This document shows positions 44,676 through 56,500 of a stretch of 64,000 bases of DNA, piece after piece. The DNA lies in assembly GCA_004431415.1 (NCBI GenBank), contig QPMI01000026.1:1-64000 (forward strand), in the 5' to 3' direction. The DNA is from Cyanophora paradoxa CCMP329. Its lineage: Eukaryota > Plantae > Glaucophyta. Numbering within the stretch: position 1 is the stretch's first letter; each line of letters opens with the position of its first letter. The notes below the pieces were generated by a model. It had not been told where the DNA came from, made no database searches, and saw only the letters and a program-made list of their open reading frames with translations. The translations under genes and the position numbers were made by a program.

Positions 44676-46599
44676 GGCTAGCTACTAGTAGCCTAGTAGC
44701 TAGAGCCTGGCGACGAGGCTGGCGTGGCGTACCGCGTCGGCTGCCGAAGATTGAATTGGGGGGTCCAAACATCGCTCGCGGCTACTAGCACCCTGTTTTA
44801 GGTACTCGGTACGCAAGAGGGAGTACAAGTAGTAGCAGACTACTAGCAGTCTACTAGGCTACACAGTGGGGTAGTACTACGGTACTAGTCCGGATTCCGG
44901 ACTCCGGACCGTTTTTTGTAACGGACCGAGCGGGTCCGAGCCGGACGGCCCGGTCCGCCCGGACGGGCCGGACCTCAGCAGCTCAGCTGCAGCCTGGCAG
45001 CCTGCAGGCTGCACTGCGGCAGCCAGGCAGCAGCCTGCAGGCTGCAGCCTGCAGGCTGCAGCCGGTCCGACCGTCGAGTCGGCGTCGACGTCCGACTCGG
45101 CGAGGCTCCGAGCCTCGGACTCCATCACATCCGCCGATGAATCGGCGATGATGATGCGCATGCATGATCATGATTCGACTCTCCAATGAGTCTTCAAGGG
45201 GCTTCCATGAGTCTTCATTGACTCTTCAATGAGTCTCCATTGTCTCCAATGGCGGGGCCGTGGTCAGGGCCGCCGGCTGCGGGCCGGGGCGGGGTGCTAG
45301 GCGGGGCCCTGGGCGAGGCCGACAGCGTGCCCTCGAGCTCGGCGTGCTGCGGGCGTGCCGACAGCTGCAGCTCGGCTCCGTGGCGCGCTGGGCGAGGAGG
45401 GCCGGGCGGCCCGGAGGGCGGCGACCGCCTCGGCGGCCGCCTCGGGGCGGGCTGCTAGGCGGGGCCCTAGGCCTAGGCCTGGGCGTGCTGCGGGCGTGCA
45501 CATGCCGACAGCTGCAGCTCAGCGGTGGCGAGGCCCTGAGGAGGGCGGCCCGGAGGGCGGCGGCCGCCTCGGGGCTATATATATAAAGCTAGCGCTGGCT
45601 CCGCGACCGGGAGCCTCGGAGCCGACGTAGATCCCGGGGAGGGCGGCGAGGCCCCGGCCCGTGCGGTCCGCCACGACCCCCAGGACGGCGGCTGCGTTGG
45701 GGGCACCCTGCCACTGCCCCCCGGCCCGCCCCCGCGGCGAGGGCGGCGGGAGCGGCGAGGGCGGCGGCGAGGGCGGCCCAGGCGGCGGCGGCGGCGGCGG
45801 CGCGCGGCGGCGGCGGCGGCGGCGTCCTCGGCGGGGAAGCTTATAATTAAGGGGCCGGGGTGGGGTGGGCCGGGCGGAGAGCTCGAGGGGGCGTACGGGG
45901 CCGGGGCTGGGCGCTGGAGGCCTGCCACCCCTGGGCGGTCCCCGGCTTCGCCGCACTCTAGATCTAGAGCGCGGCGGTTATAAAAAGGAACGGGGAGAAG
46001 CCGAACTGACTGAGCTCGAGGCTAGGGTTACGGGAGCGCCGCCGGACGGGGCCGCGAGCGAGATGGAGGGGGCGAAGGCCTAGGGGCGGTAGGGGACGTC
46101 GCGATCGGCGGGGAGGGCGGACTGCAGCTGGGCCCGCGGGGCGCTCGGGGGGCTCGGGCCGTCCGGATCGGCTTTCAACGGCCTCCGCCCGGACCCGCGC
46201 CCCGGACCGAGAGGCGTACATGACGAGCATGCCGATGCTAACCCGGCCCCCGACCGGCGGCCGGTGCACGTAGCCGGGACCACGCGCACATGGCGCGTCC
46301 AGATTTAATTTCGCGGGGGCCGGGTCGGAGGGGTCGGCGGCGGGCGTGACGCCCGCCGCGGAGGCGAGCTGGAGCGTCGACTTCCCCTGTCGTCGAAGAC
46401 GCGCAAGCCTGCCGCCGTGATGTTCGGGTGCGCGCGAATCTCCTCGTGCACCGTGGCACGTGGGTCATGCCGAAAAGTTTTATAATTATAATTTGATCAC
46501 GGACTTTACGGGCGATGGTCGCGCCGGCGGGCGATGGTGAATGGGATTGTGCAGTGGAGCGGCAGGGAGCGGCGGGCCGCGGGAGCGGCAGCGCTAGCG

Positions 46600-47060
46600 G
46601 TTGTCGCGGCAGGGGTTTAAATTTATTAAAAGTCGCGGGCGCGGTCGCGGTCGCGGTAAAGGGGGTTTATTCATTAAATTAAAGTCGCGGTTAAAGGGTT
46701 ATAAGTCGGCACGGGCCCGGGGGGGTGGCCGCGGTCGCGGGCGACGGTATACGGGATTAATATATATATTGTGCGTGCGATGCCTCCTTGGGTGATCGAG
46801 ATGACCGCGGCCGGAACTTCGGAAGCGCGCCGCGGCGCGGCAGGGTGGCCTCGACGACGTCGTGCTTGTTGTTGAAGACGCATGAGTCGTCGCGGCAGGG
46901 GTTTTAATTTGTATCGCGGACTTCACGGGGATGGTCGACGTCGCGGTCGCGGGCGACCGTCGGGCGGTGAACGGAATCGATATCGTGCTTGCCGCGGCGC
47001 GATCGCGATTCCTCCTTCGATGATCGAGATGACCGCGGCCGGGAGCGTGCCGCGGCTTGT
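46600..47060. repeat. Degenerate tandem duplication (~230-bp unit) with GTCGCGG..GGG(T)n subrepeats
   Basis: CCTCCTT..GTGATCGAGATGACCGCGGCCGG at ~46783 and the equivalent at ~47011. Confidence 0.65.
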
Positions 47061-50000
47061 TGTCGAGGACCGCCTCGACGTCGCTCACTGAGAGCAGCCG
47101 GATCCGCCGCGGCTGTCGTCGCGGCACACTGAGTCATGATCATGATCAGCGAGATCGCGATCGAGAGCAGCCGGACGACGACAGTGCGGCGGCACGCCGC
47201 GGTGCCCGCGGCCCGTGCGCATGCACGCGACGAAATTTAAAATGTACTTCTCAACGGGCATGCGTGCCAACGGGCATGCGTGCGTGCATGCGCACGAGCC
47301 GCGGTACCGATCGGTGAGCAACGTGTCCGTGGCCTGCTCTAATTTACCATGCACATGCACGTGTCCACGGTTACTGGCGTATATGAGTAGATGATCATGT
47401 TGATCAACTTGGCAAGTCGGGGTGGCGGCGCGAGCTCTCGGCGGGAAGGACGCGGCGGAGCTCGAGCTCCGCCGGGCCGGAGGAGACTCCGGAGGAAACG
47501 GCGGACGAACCCGTACAGGCGGAACTGCGGTGGGTTGGGGCTCATTGCAGTCGCTGCACGTGCACGCGCTTTATTTCGCCTTCAACGGCTTGATCGCCGG
47601 TACCGGTACCAACGTTAACGATGACTTCACTGAGTCACAAAAGTGTCAGCATCGAAAACCCGCGCATTTTCAGGCCATGTGCGTTTCATAATCAGAACAT
47701 ATTGCTCTATCTTACAGGCTGTTGATGGAGTAAAGATCGGTTCTCGGAGGTCCAAACGAAAGTTATTTATTCTAACAGATTTTGAGATGAATGGTCATAT
47801 AACTGCAACGGCCAAGCTAGAGCTCGAGTACTAAATGTTTCCCAGCTCAGCGTTTCGACGTCTACGTCTACAGCTTCGCGGCCAGGCAACAAGCAGGGGG
47901 GCTCCGCCCCCCCGCACCCCCCCAGTGTTATTTAGGAGTCTTTGATTTCTTGTGGTCTATTCTTCTTCTTCTACGTACTACTTCTACTACTACTACTTAT
48001 TAATTGAACAAAGAATGAGAATGAAGTACTAAAGTTGTAAAGACAGAACAGAAGAAGCTGAAGCACTGAACATAAAGAACACAGATGTGAGTGCATGGAA
48101 GATGTAGAAATTAAACACTGATCATGTAATCTGGAAACAATGCACGAGATGCAATGTAGTCCAAAGCGAGGCTTCATCATTTATGGTTTGTCATGAAACA
48201 CAGTGCTTTGCAATTGGTGTTTAATTCTTGGCTGGCAAAGAAATTAAAGGGCGATTTGATATTCTTAGCTATAGCTATAGCTTTAGCCAGGAAGATGAGA
48301 AGAAGAGCTAAAGCACTGAACAATTGCAAGAAGTTTGAAATTGCACACATGAATCTCTTGTGGTTCATGATCAATCGTATTACAAAGAACGAAAATGAAG
48401 CTGAAGCACTGAAGAAGAGAGCATTTCAGAACAGATCCAGAAACAATGAAGTGATCACAAAACAATACAAAAGAAGCACATGCAATGTATACGTATTTCA
48501 AAGTTTTGATCATTTATGTTCTAGATCTGTCATCGAACATCGAGTTTTGGTGTTAAATACTGGCCATGGCTGGCAAAGCAAGGGCAATCCTTAGCAGGAA
48601 AGTGGGCAAGAAGCTTGAACGTTAACATGTATTGCAGCAGTGATATACTGTCGAAGTCCCTGTAGCTTTGTACCCTGTACCTCAGTCTGCCTGTACCCCC
48701 AATACACCACCTTGCCAGCTATCTAGCCTGGCAACACATTGCGGCACTGATCATGAACAATTGCAAGAAGCTTAAGAATTGAACACTTCAATTGACAACT
48801 TGGCAAAAACAACCTGGCAAGGTTGTAGAAGAATTGATCATGAACAAGTCAATCATTGATCATTTCATTTCATGCATGTAACACGCAACAATATTTTATG
48901 CATGCAATGATGCCATGATGAATAATGCATGCATCATGATCAATGTAAAGATCTAGATGCCACTGATCTAGATGTTAAACAAACAATGCAAGTACAATCT
49001 CTTCAATTTCAATTTGGCAAGTTTCTGTTTTGTTTGTTGTGAATGTGTGAACGTTGTGTTAGTGTTGTGTTTTTTTGTTTTTTGTCTTGTTTTGTTGTTT
49101 GTACATTGTGGAACATATGCTTTTCTTTTTGTTGTACATGCCAAGATGTTTAATGTATTATTTATTGTTTGCCAAGAATCGAACCGGTTCTGAATCGGCA
49201 CTGAGCAATCAAGTGCACCACAGCACTTCAGGAAGAAAAAAGGAAAAAAAAGGGACTTTCCATTGACAGAACTGCCGGATACCCAATTTCAGCCACAAAA
49301 CTCCACTCTGTGGCAGATCTTCCCACTTCATACTTCCAAGCTCACTGGCAAGGGCAGCGGCTGCCGCTACTTTTTTTAAGAAGTCACAGAGTCATACATC
49401 ACTCAGTGACTTTTCCTTCTCATGTGGAGCCTGTCTCAGTGACCACAGTGAGTCAAGGCAGCACTGGCAGCCTTCAAGTGCATATCGAATTGAGTATACC
49501 AATGAGAGCGACAACTCAACCACTGGCCTGCGATTCACAAGTTCCCCACTTACCAAACATGCTGGCACGACTGTTGGCAGCCCAGGCTGGACCACCCATG
49601 GAGCACAGTCCAGTCAGTGACTTTGACTGTTCGCACCGCTCTCAATGCTGGCAGTTTGAGTCTGCCGTAGTACTAAACGGAATTTTCTTCCAAGGGGAAC
49701 ATGGGTTAATCTACTATGTAGCAAGGACAACTCAGTGACTAGACTAGAGACTATTAGCTGAATGAACACACAAGACTAGATCTAGACCAGATCTAGATAA
49801 CTAGAGTGGGGACAAAACATTGTATGCTTACAGTCGCATAGTTATGAAGCTCATCTATAGATTATTATCGATAATGACGAAGCTCAAGCCACATATATAT
49901 CGATCATATCGATCTAGAAGTTAAACATGCACGCTGTGAACGGCATGGCTTCTAGCTACGCATGCGTACTACAAGTACTACGGTACACGTATATACGTAG

Positions 50001-50527
50001 TCGAAAAACTACGCGAAAATGAAACCACCATTGTAGTCCGTCGCACTCATCGAGGACTAACTATCATTATTATGTAAAGTCTGCTCTATATTTAGATATT
50101 TACGCCTGCACATGGTATTGCTATCCGAAGTCGAAACTTCCTGCAGCTTGGAACAGAGACAGATCTAGACGTCAAAGTCCACAGATCTATAATCTAGGCT
50201 AGGGTTTGTGAACCTTTCTGAAAGCTTCGGAAAGCGCCTCTAACACGTACTCGCATACCACGCGCATGCACTGCAACTGCACTATCGCGTACTTCTAAAA
50301 CTTACTAGCACGTAGCTGCACGTGCACTGCAACTGCCGCAGGGCATGTAGATCTAATGATAGCTCAACAGCCTAACCATCTAGTAGGTCATGATCATAAT
50401 CATCCGGATCCAAGCTTAAGAGAAATCTGGATCCAGATCTATGTCGACTCATATATCAACGGGCTACTTGCACATGGAAGTTTATTGGAAGAAAGTTTAT
50501 TATGAAGCAGCTGCAAATGTATTCTGC

Positions 50528-53500
50528 TCAGAGAGATATCGTGGTCGCCTTGACTTCGTTGCCGTTCATCGTTTTGCCGGCCGGCGCCTTCGAATTTTTA
50601 TCGTGCCGTCCGAACCCGAACGCACGCTCGATCGCCTCGGGATACTGTTGCTCTGGCACTTTCTGCAGGAAACACGGTAAGAAGAACTCGTGCTAATGCA
50701 TATGTTTATACAATTAGGATGACCTTTAGGAACTTCTTGGCGATGATGTACGCAACGAAGGCCTGCCCGCCGATGCCGAAGGCGGCCGAGGCCAGGCCCA
50801 GCATGTCCGAGATGGCGTCGAGGAGCGACGAGCGGATGACGCGCTCGACGTTCACGAAGAGGCCCATCTGCTCGAATTCGACGCGGAACGAGACGACGTC
50901 CTCGGGGCACTCGGCGATCGGGCGGAACGGCGGGCAGACCGCCTGCGCCGACGCGCGGGTCAGATACTTTGAAATGCTAGTAATCATATGCATAGCTATA
51001 CACAGCTCGATCCAGCGCACGAATTGCGTCTCGTCCTTCTCGCTGACGACGGTGTCCGCGGGGCTGATGTCCAAGTGGTAGCGCTCGCGCCCGTCCTTCG
51101 GGTCCGAGAAGTGCATGGGGGTCAGCTGCACGGGCAGCTTCACGGATCGGATGCCGCGGAAGACCGTCGCGTCGCTCGAGGTCTTGATGAGCCCTTCCGC
51201 GCGAATGAACTCCGGCACCTGCGGCAGCCGCCGAGCAATTAATCTTATGAGAGGGTGCGAATATAAAAAGAATTGATATAAAGGACCTCGATGCGGTAGG
51301 GGACGGCTACGGCGTACGCCATTCGAGAGACGAGTCGGAGCTCTGCGTACACGCCGTCCACAGCCGTGATCCTGCGGCCGCGGCGATCGGATTTATGTTC
51401 AGTGTTTCGTGTTCTGCGCGCTCTACTAGAATCGATAAATACTATAATACAACGCACTTGCAGTCGTCACACAGCCATTGAACCCTGCACGTGCGCGAGC
51501 GCGAAATCATCGATATCAGCACGAGAGTCAATTCAATATCGAAAGGTCCTTCAATTTAGCACCTGCAAGACTGCCCCGCGTCAACCTTGACGAACGAGAG
51601 GACCCCTCCGCCGGAAATTCCGCTCAGCGCGACGCCAGCCTCGCTCGCGTCGCAGTTCCCGGTGTACCCCCTGAAGATGGTGACGATCCGGAACCTCCCG
51701 TTGATGTCCGCGGCCGTCGGAGAGGTTCCCAGCTGCAGCGTTTGGATAATCTGCGGCCATGGACATAGCGGAGTTCAACGATTGAAATATATTTCACAGT
51801 ATTTATGCGGACCGCAAAGTTGGCCGTCGAATATTGCACAGCGATGAACGACACTGCCGATATTCAAGTTAAATTGAAATTCGATTCCATGAATTCGAAG
51901 CGGAAGCAGCACCTGCGACGGCGATCGCGACGACGCCGAAGAGGGTGAAGAAGGCGCCGGAGGAGGTGCGCCCCTTCTCGCAGACAGGCTCGCCGGACAT
52001 GTCGCCCTTGGCCGCGTCCGCCGCGATGGCCTCGTGCTCCTCGGCGGCCTCGTCTGCAATATTAATCCCCACGTCAGCGCGAGCTGAAGCTTATTACTAT
52101 AAACAAAACTTAATGGAGGAGTACGGTATACTACTATATTACTATAAACAAAAAAATTGCCTTTGTAGAGGAGGTGGAAGCGGTGCACGAAGCGGAAGCG
52201 CTGCTCCCGTTTCTCGGGCGTCGCCGGCAGGAGCCACAGGTAGAAGACCAGCAGCAGCCCGAAGAAGACGAGGCCGCCCGCGAGAGCAGACCCGATGTAC
52301 AGGAAGCGCTGTCGCGCGCAGCTTAGATTCCAGTCGGCCGCCTTGCGCACCATGCACTTTGCGATCGCACCTGCTTCATTTCATTTTGCGTCGACTCCTC
52401 GGTCTTCACGACGGCCTGCGTTATGTTGACGGTGTTGAAGTCGAGGCTCCGCTTCTGCCACTGCAGGTCCACTTCGAATTCGAGGTCCTCCGCGTCGTCG
52501 GGGAGCGCGATCCCCAGGGCCCGCCGCCCGAGCGCAAGGAGCCCTCGCGATCGCGAGCGCCGCGTGTTCGAGTCCAGCAGCGCGGTCAGGTCCGTGTCGC
52601 CTTCCGTCTCGCGCAGCCGGCCGTCAATCGGACCCCTCGAGCCTGCGCGTTATGCTTAGTGAGAAATGCGCAGCTGCTTTCGTTGAATCGAATGATCTTG
52701 AAGGAGTAGCGCGAGCGCACCGACTGGGCAGTACTTTCCGACCGGACACGGCAAGCACTGCGGCATTCCCGATGCATTCGCGTACGTGCCTGTCGAACTG
52801 CGACGCCATATGCATTCAGATAATTAAGTGTGGCTATAGTCTCGAAGAAATCAGAACCGACGACGAACCAAGGCGTGCACTCGATCAGGGTGGCGTTGCG
52901 GTAGGTGCCGGGCGGGCACGCGGTGCAGGAGAGCCCGTCCGTGCTCACTTGCCCCAGCTCGCACACCTTGCATGAGCCAGACCCGCTTGTGGAAATCGTG
53001 TTCACGGAGCACCGCTTGCACTCATGCGCTCCTTGAGGCGCGAAGAAGCTGGCAGGACAAGCCTCCTGCAAAAATACGTATATATAAGCAAGCGGTTCGA
53101 TTCTCATCGCCAATTTCGAAACGAAAGTTATCGATGCGCACGCATATCTGGCGCGTCGAGTCCGCGATGTGGCCAGCTGGACAAAGCTGCGGCGCACGAT
53201 TGCGAGGGTCACAGGACGGCACGTAATGTTGTTGTGCATGTCACAGTGTTTATGCACGATCGTGAGTGCAGGCACACGTGGAAAAGCGCACCTCGCACTT
53301 GGGCATGCCCGGCTTGGGGGCCGTGGCGTTCTTGGGGCAGAGTTCGCACACGGCTCCAGTCACGTCGGGCACGCGTCCCGCGGGGCACGCTGCGCAATCA
53401 ATTTCAGAGGCTGGAATTCGAACATAACGCCGGCCCTGCACATGCGGCCGACCGCGGCGCCCGATTGCAACGTTTAACCGCGCCCGGCGGCGGCCCGTCC

Positions 53501-56500
53501 CAATTAATTAAGCTTCCCGAGGCTCCGCGAGTTAAATGTATACGTGTATCTAAACGTAGCCGCCAAGAACGGAGCCAGAACCACTCACGCGTGCAATCGA
53601 TTCTGTCGTCACGAGGGATGCGTCCAGGGGAGCTTTGCAAACGAAGAAGTTCAACAAAGATAAAGAAAGAAATTTAGTTCGAGAGCTGTAGCTTACCAAG
53701 GGAAGCACTGCGTGCTGCCAAACTCGGGCGTGTGCAAGTTCTATGTGAAGAGCAAATTAAAGTGCGTCGTTAGGGCCGGGGTGTCGCGCGCGCGGCCATG
53801 TCCAGAAGCAAAGCACCTCGGCGCAGGACGTGCAGACTGTCATCGATGCGTTCCTGAAGGTTCCGGGGCGGCACGGGATGCAGCTCGTGAAGTCCGGCGC
53901 GTTCACGTACCCTCCCAGGCACGCGAGGCACGCGTAGGCTTGCCCCGGGTTCGGAGCGTATGTGTTTGCGGGGCACTGACGTTTAAGACGAATAAGAGAA
54001 CACTAGCACTCGCATTTGAGCGTTTCGCGCACCTGCTCGCAAAAATAGCTCTCGTTTCGCATGTAGAATCCTCTATCACAGCTGATCGGGGTGAAATAAA
54101 TGCAAGCGGGCGCGGAGATGAAAGCTGAATTCGAAGCGCGCGATGCAGCGCACTCGATGCAATGGGTGCCCAGCGTGCTCGCGTACTTGCCCTTCGGGCA
54201 GAAGATGCAGTTGCCGTAGAGCTTCCCGGGAGAGTAAAGGTACACGGCCGTCTCCTTGATTCGAATGGGCGTGCACGGGACGCAGACGTTTTGATCTGGC
54301 GGCTGGTACGTTCCCGCGGGGCAGTCAAGGCACTGCGTCCCCTTCTCGTTCGAGATCGTTCCCTGGATCGCGCTCGTCAATATCGAAATTAAAGCCATTC
54401 GCAACATGCCTCGATTAAGATTATAATTACCTTCTCGCATTTATCGCATTCCGTCAGGCCCGGCAGAGGGGTTATCCAGCCCTGCGCGTGCCGCAAAAGA
54501 CGTGGATTCAGTTCGCAGACGGGACCGAAATAATTAAAATGAAGCCAGAAAGCTTTTCGCACTGCATTACAAAGCGTGCAGGTCCCGTTCTTCTCAAAGC
54601 TTCCAGCCGGACAAACTGCGAAGGGGCAATGGTCAGCAAACGTACTACGGTAAAGCAAGCGGCAAATAGGTATAGCAACAGTCAGCAGACGTTTGCATTC
54701 GGTTCTGTCGTCAGAGCTCTCGTATCCTCGCGGGCTGTCGATGTGCATTTATAGGTCACGATTTATCAATGTTACTCTTTGGCGGCAGAGATCGCACCAC
54801 TTCGTGCAGAAGGACGCCCCAGCCGCTGGAGTATAGAACGTGAAGGGACACTTTCCGAAGGCGAAGGTCAGTTTGCTGGCGCCGCGGCGAGCACCAGATT
54901 TTGAGCATGCATGCATATGCAAATGCGCACCAGCTGGCACGTCGCATTTCCCTCTGCTCGGAACGTGCCCTGGGGACACGGCTGCCGGGGCAGTCAGACG
55001 ACTGTTTTCTCCAGGATCCGGACGTCAAGCCCAAAGCGCGAGTCCAGCGCACCAGGCAGTTCTGCCGATCCATAGAGGCGACCTTTCCGGGTACGCAGGG
55101 CACGCAGCTTGTCGCCCCCGCCTCCGGCGTGATGGCATTCAATGGACATCTGCAAATTCGATGCGGCATCAAGCTTTTTTAGTAGCGTAGAGAATCGTGA
55201 ACGCCGCACTCGACGCATGTTTGGTTCGTCTCGAACCAGCCTGCCCGGCATGGCTCGCAGCCCGTCCGGTCGTCCAGGGAGACCGTTCCGTTGGCGCAAC
55301 GGGTGCACTGCGGTGCACCCCCGATGCTGTACGATCCTGAACGTGGCGCGTCATGATCAGAGCATTCTGTCTCTATAGCTATTCTCAGATGAGTTTGCAT
55401 TTGCGCGTCGTACCCCAAAGACAGGGTACGCATTCCGTTCCATTTTGGCCTCGATAAGTCCCCGCAGGACACGGCTGCACGCGACTCGTGATCAGGAGAG
55501 GCAGCCGGAAAGTATGTAAATATAATTAAGTATTGCGGTAGCGTGCACCATGCAGCTCTGGTGGTCCACAGCGGCGACGAATCCAGCATCGCAGGCGAGG
55601 CACTCGGTCGCGTTGTCTGTCGGGGTGTACGTGGTGCCTATGCAAGGGCGGCACACCCAGCCGCTCTCGTAGTTGCCTTTGCCGCACGGAACGCAGTAGG
55701 ATCGCTCGGGGTTGGGCACGGTACCCCCAGGGCAGTACGTGAAGAAAGAGCTGCCCGGGAGCGCGACGCTGCCGAACGGGACGGCGTCGCAGGTGGGCAT
55801 AGAAGCGTTCCGGAAAGTGCCCGCAGGACACGCTGTCGCGCGTGCCAGGATATATAAGAAAGATATATACGATATAAGAGAGAGGATGTATAAGAACTCA
55901 CCGAGGCAAATTTGACTGTCTTCGGAGGCGTAGTACCCAGGCTCGCAAACCGTGCAGTTCCAGTTGCCCTCGGAGCTACTGATCGTATTGAGAGGACACC
56001 TGCACATGCGAACGCGCGGGGGTTTTTCGAATCGAGTTTCAGCCTCAATCGAGGCCTCTGATTATTCTTAAGATCTCACCTCTCGCAGGCCGTCTTGTTC
56101 AAAGCGACCGGCTGGTACGTTCCCGCAGGGCATGCCTGATCACGAGCAGCAATGAATCATGATCAATTCATGAGTTCGCGATCGGGGCTCTGGATCGATG
56201 TAGCGCATGCGGCGCACGCGGCAGTTCTGGCGGTCAGCCGATGCGACGTAGCCTGGCGCGCAGGCCTCGCAGGAGGTGGCGCCGGGTAGCGGGGTGACGG
56301 AGTTTCCAGGGCACCTGTACATGCGTGAGCGCGCTGGAGCTTGGTCGCACTTGGTCATCATCTATCGTTCGGTCTGACGCACTCGAGGCAGTCCGGTCCG
56401 CTCTGATAAAACCCGGGGCGGCAAAATTCGCAATCCGTCCTGTCGGCCGTCGAGATGGTCCCGTTTCCGCACGGGTTGCAGAAGGGCGCGCCGCCCATGC

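Larger units (their letters stand above)
34676..45250 (+). repeat. Segmental duplication, copy 2
   Basis: Collinear with 5860-16983; differs by mobile-element insertions and small indels. Confidence 0.9.

Noticed and set aside
49700-49710. GGG-TTAA piggyBac-like end
   Set aside because: No matching TTAA-CCC left end found nearby.
53090-53112. GGTTCGATTC tRNA T-loop-like word
   Set aside because: No T-stem pairing or cloverleaf; lies in an intron of the large gene.
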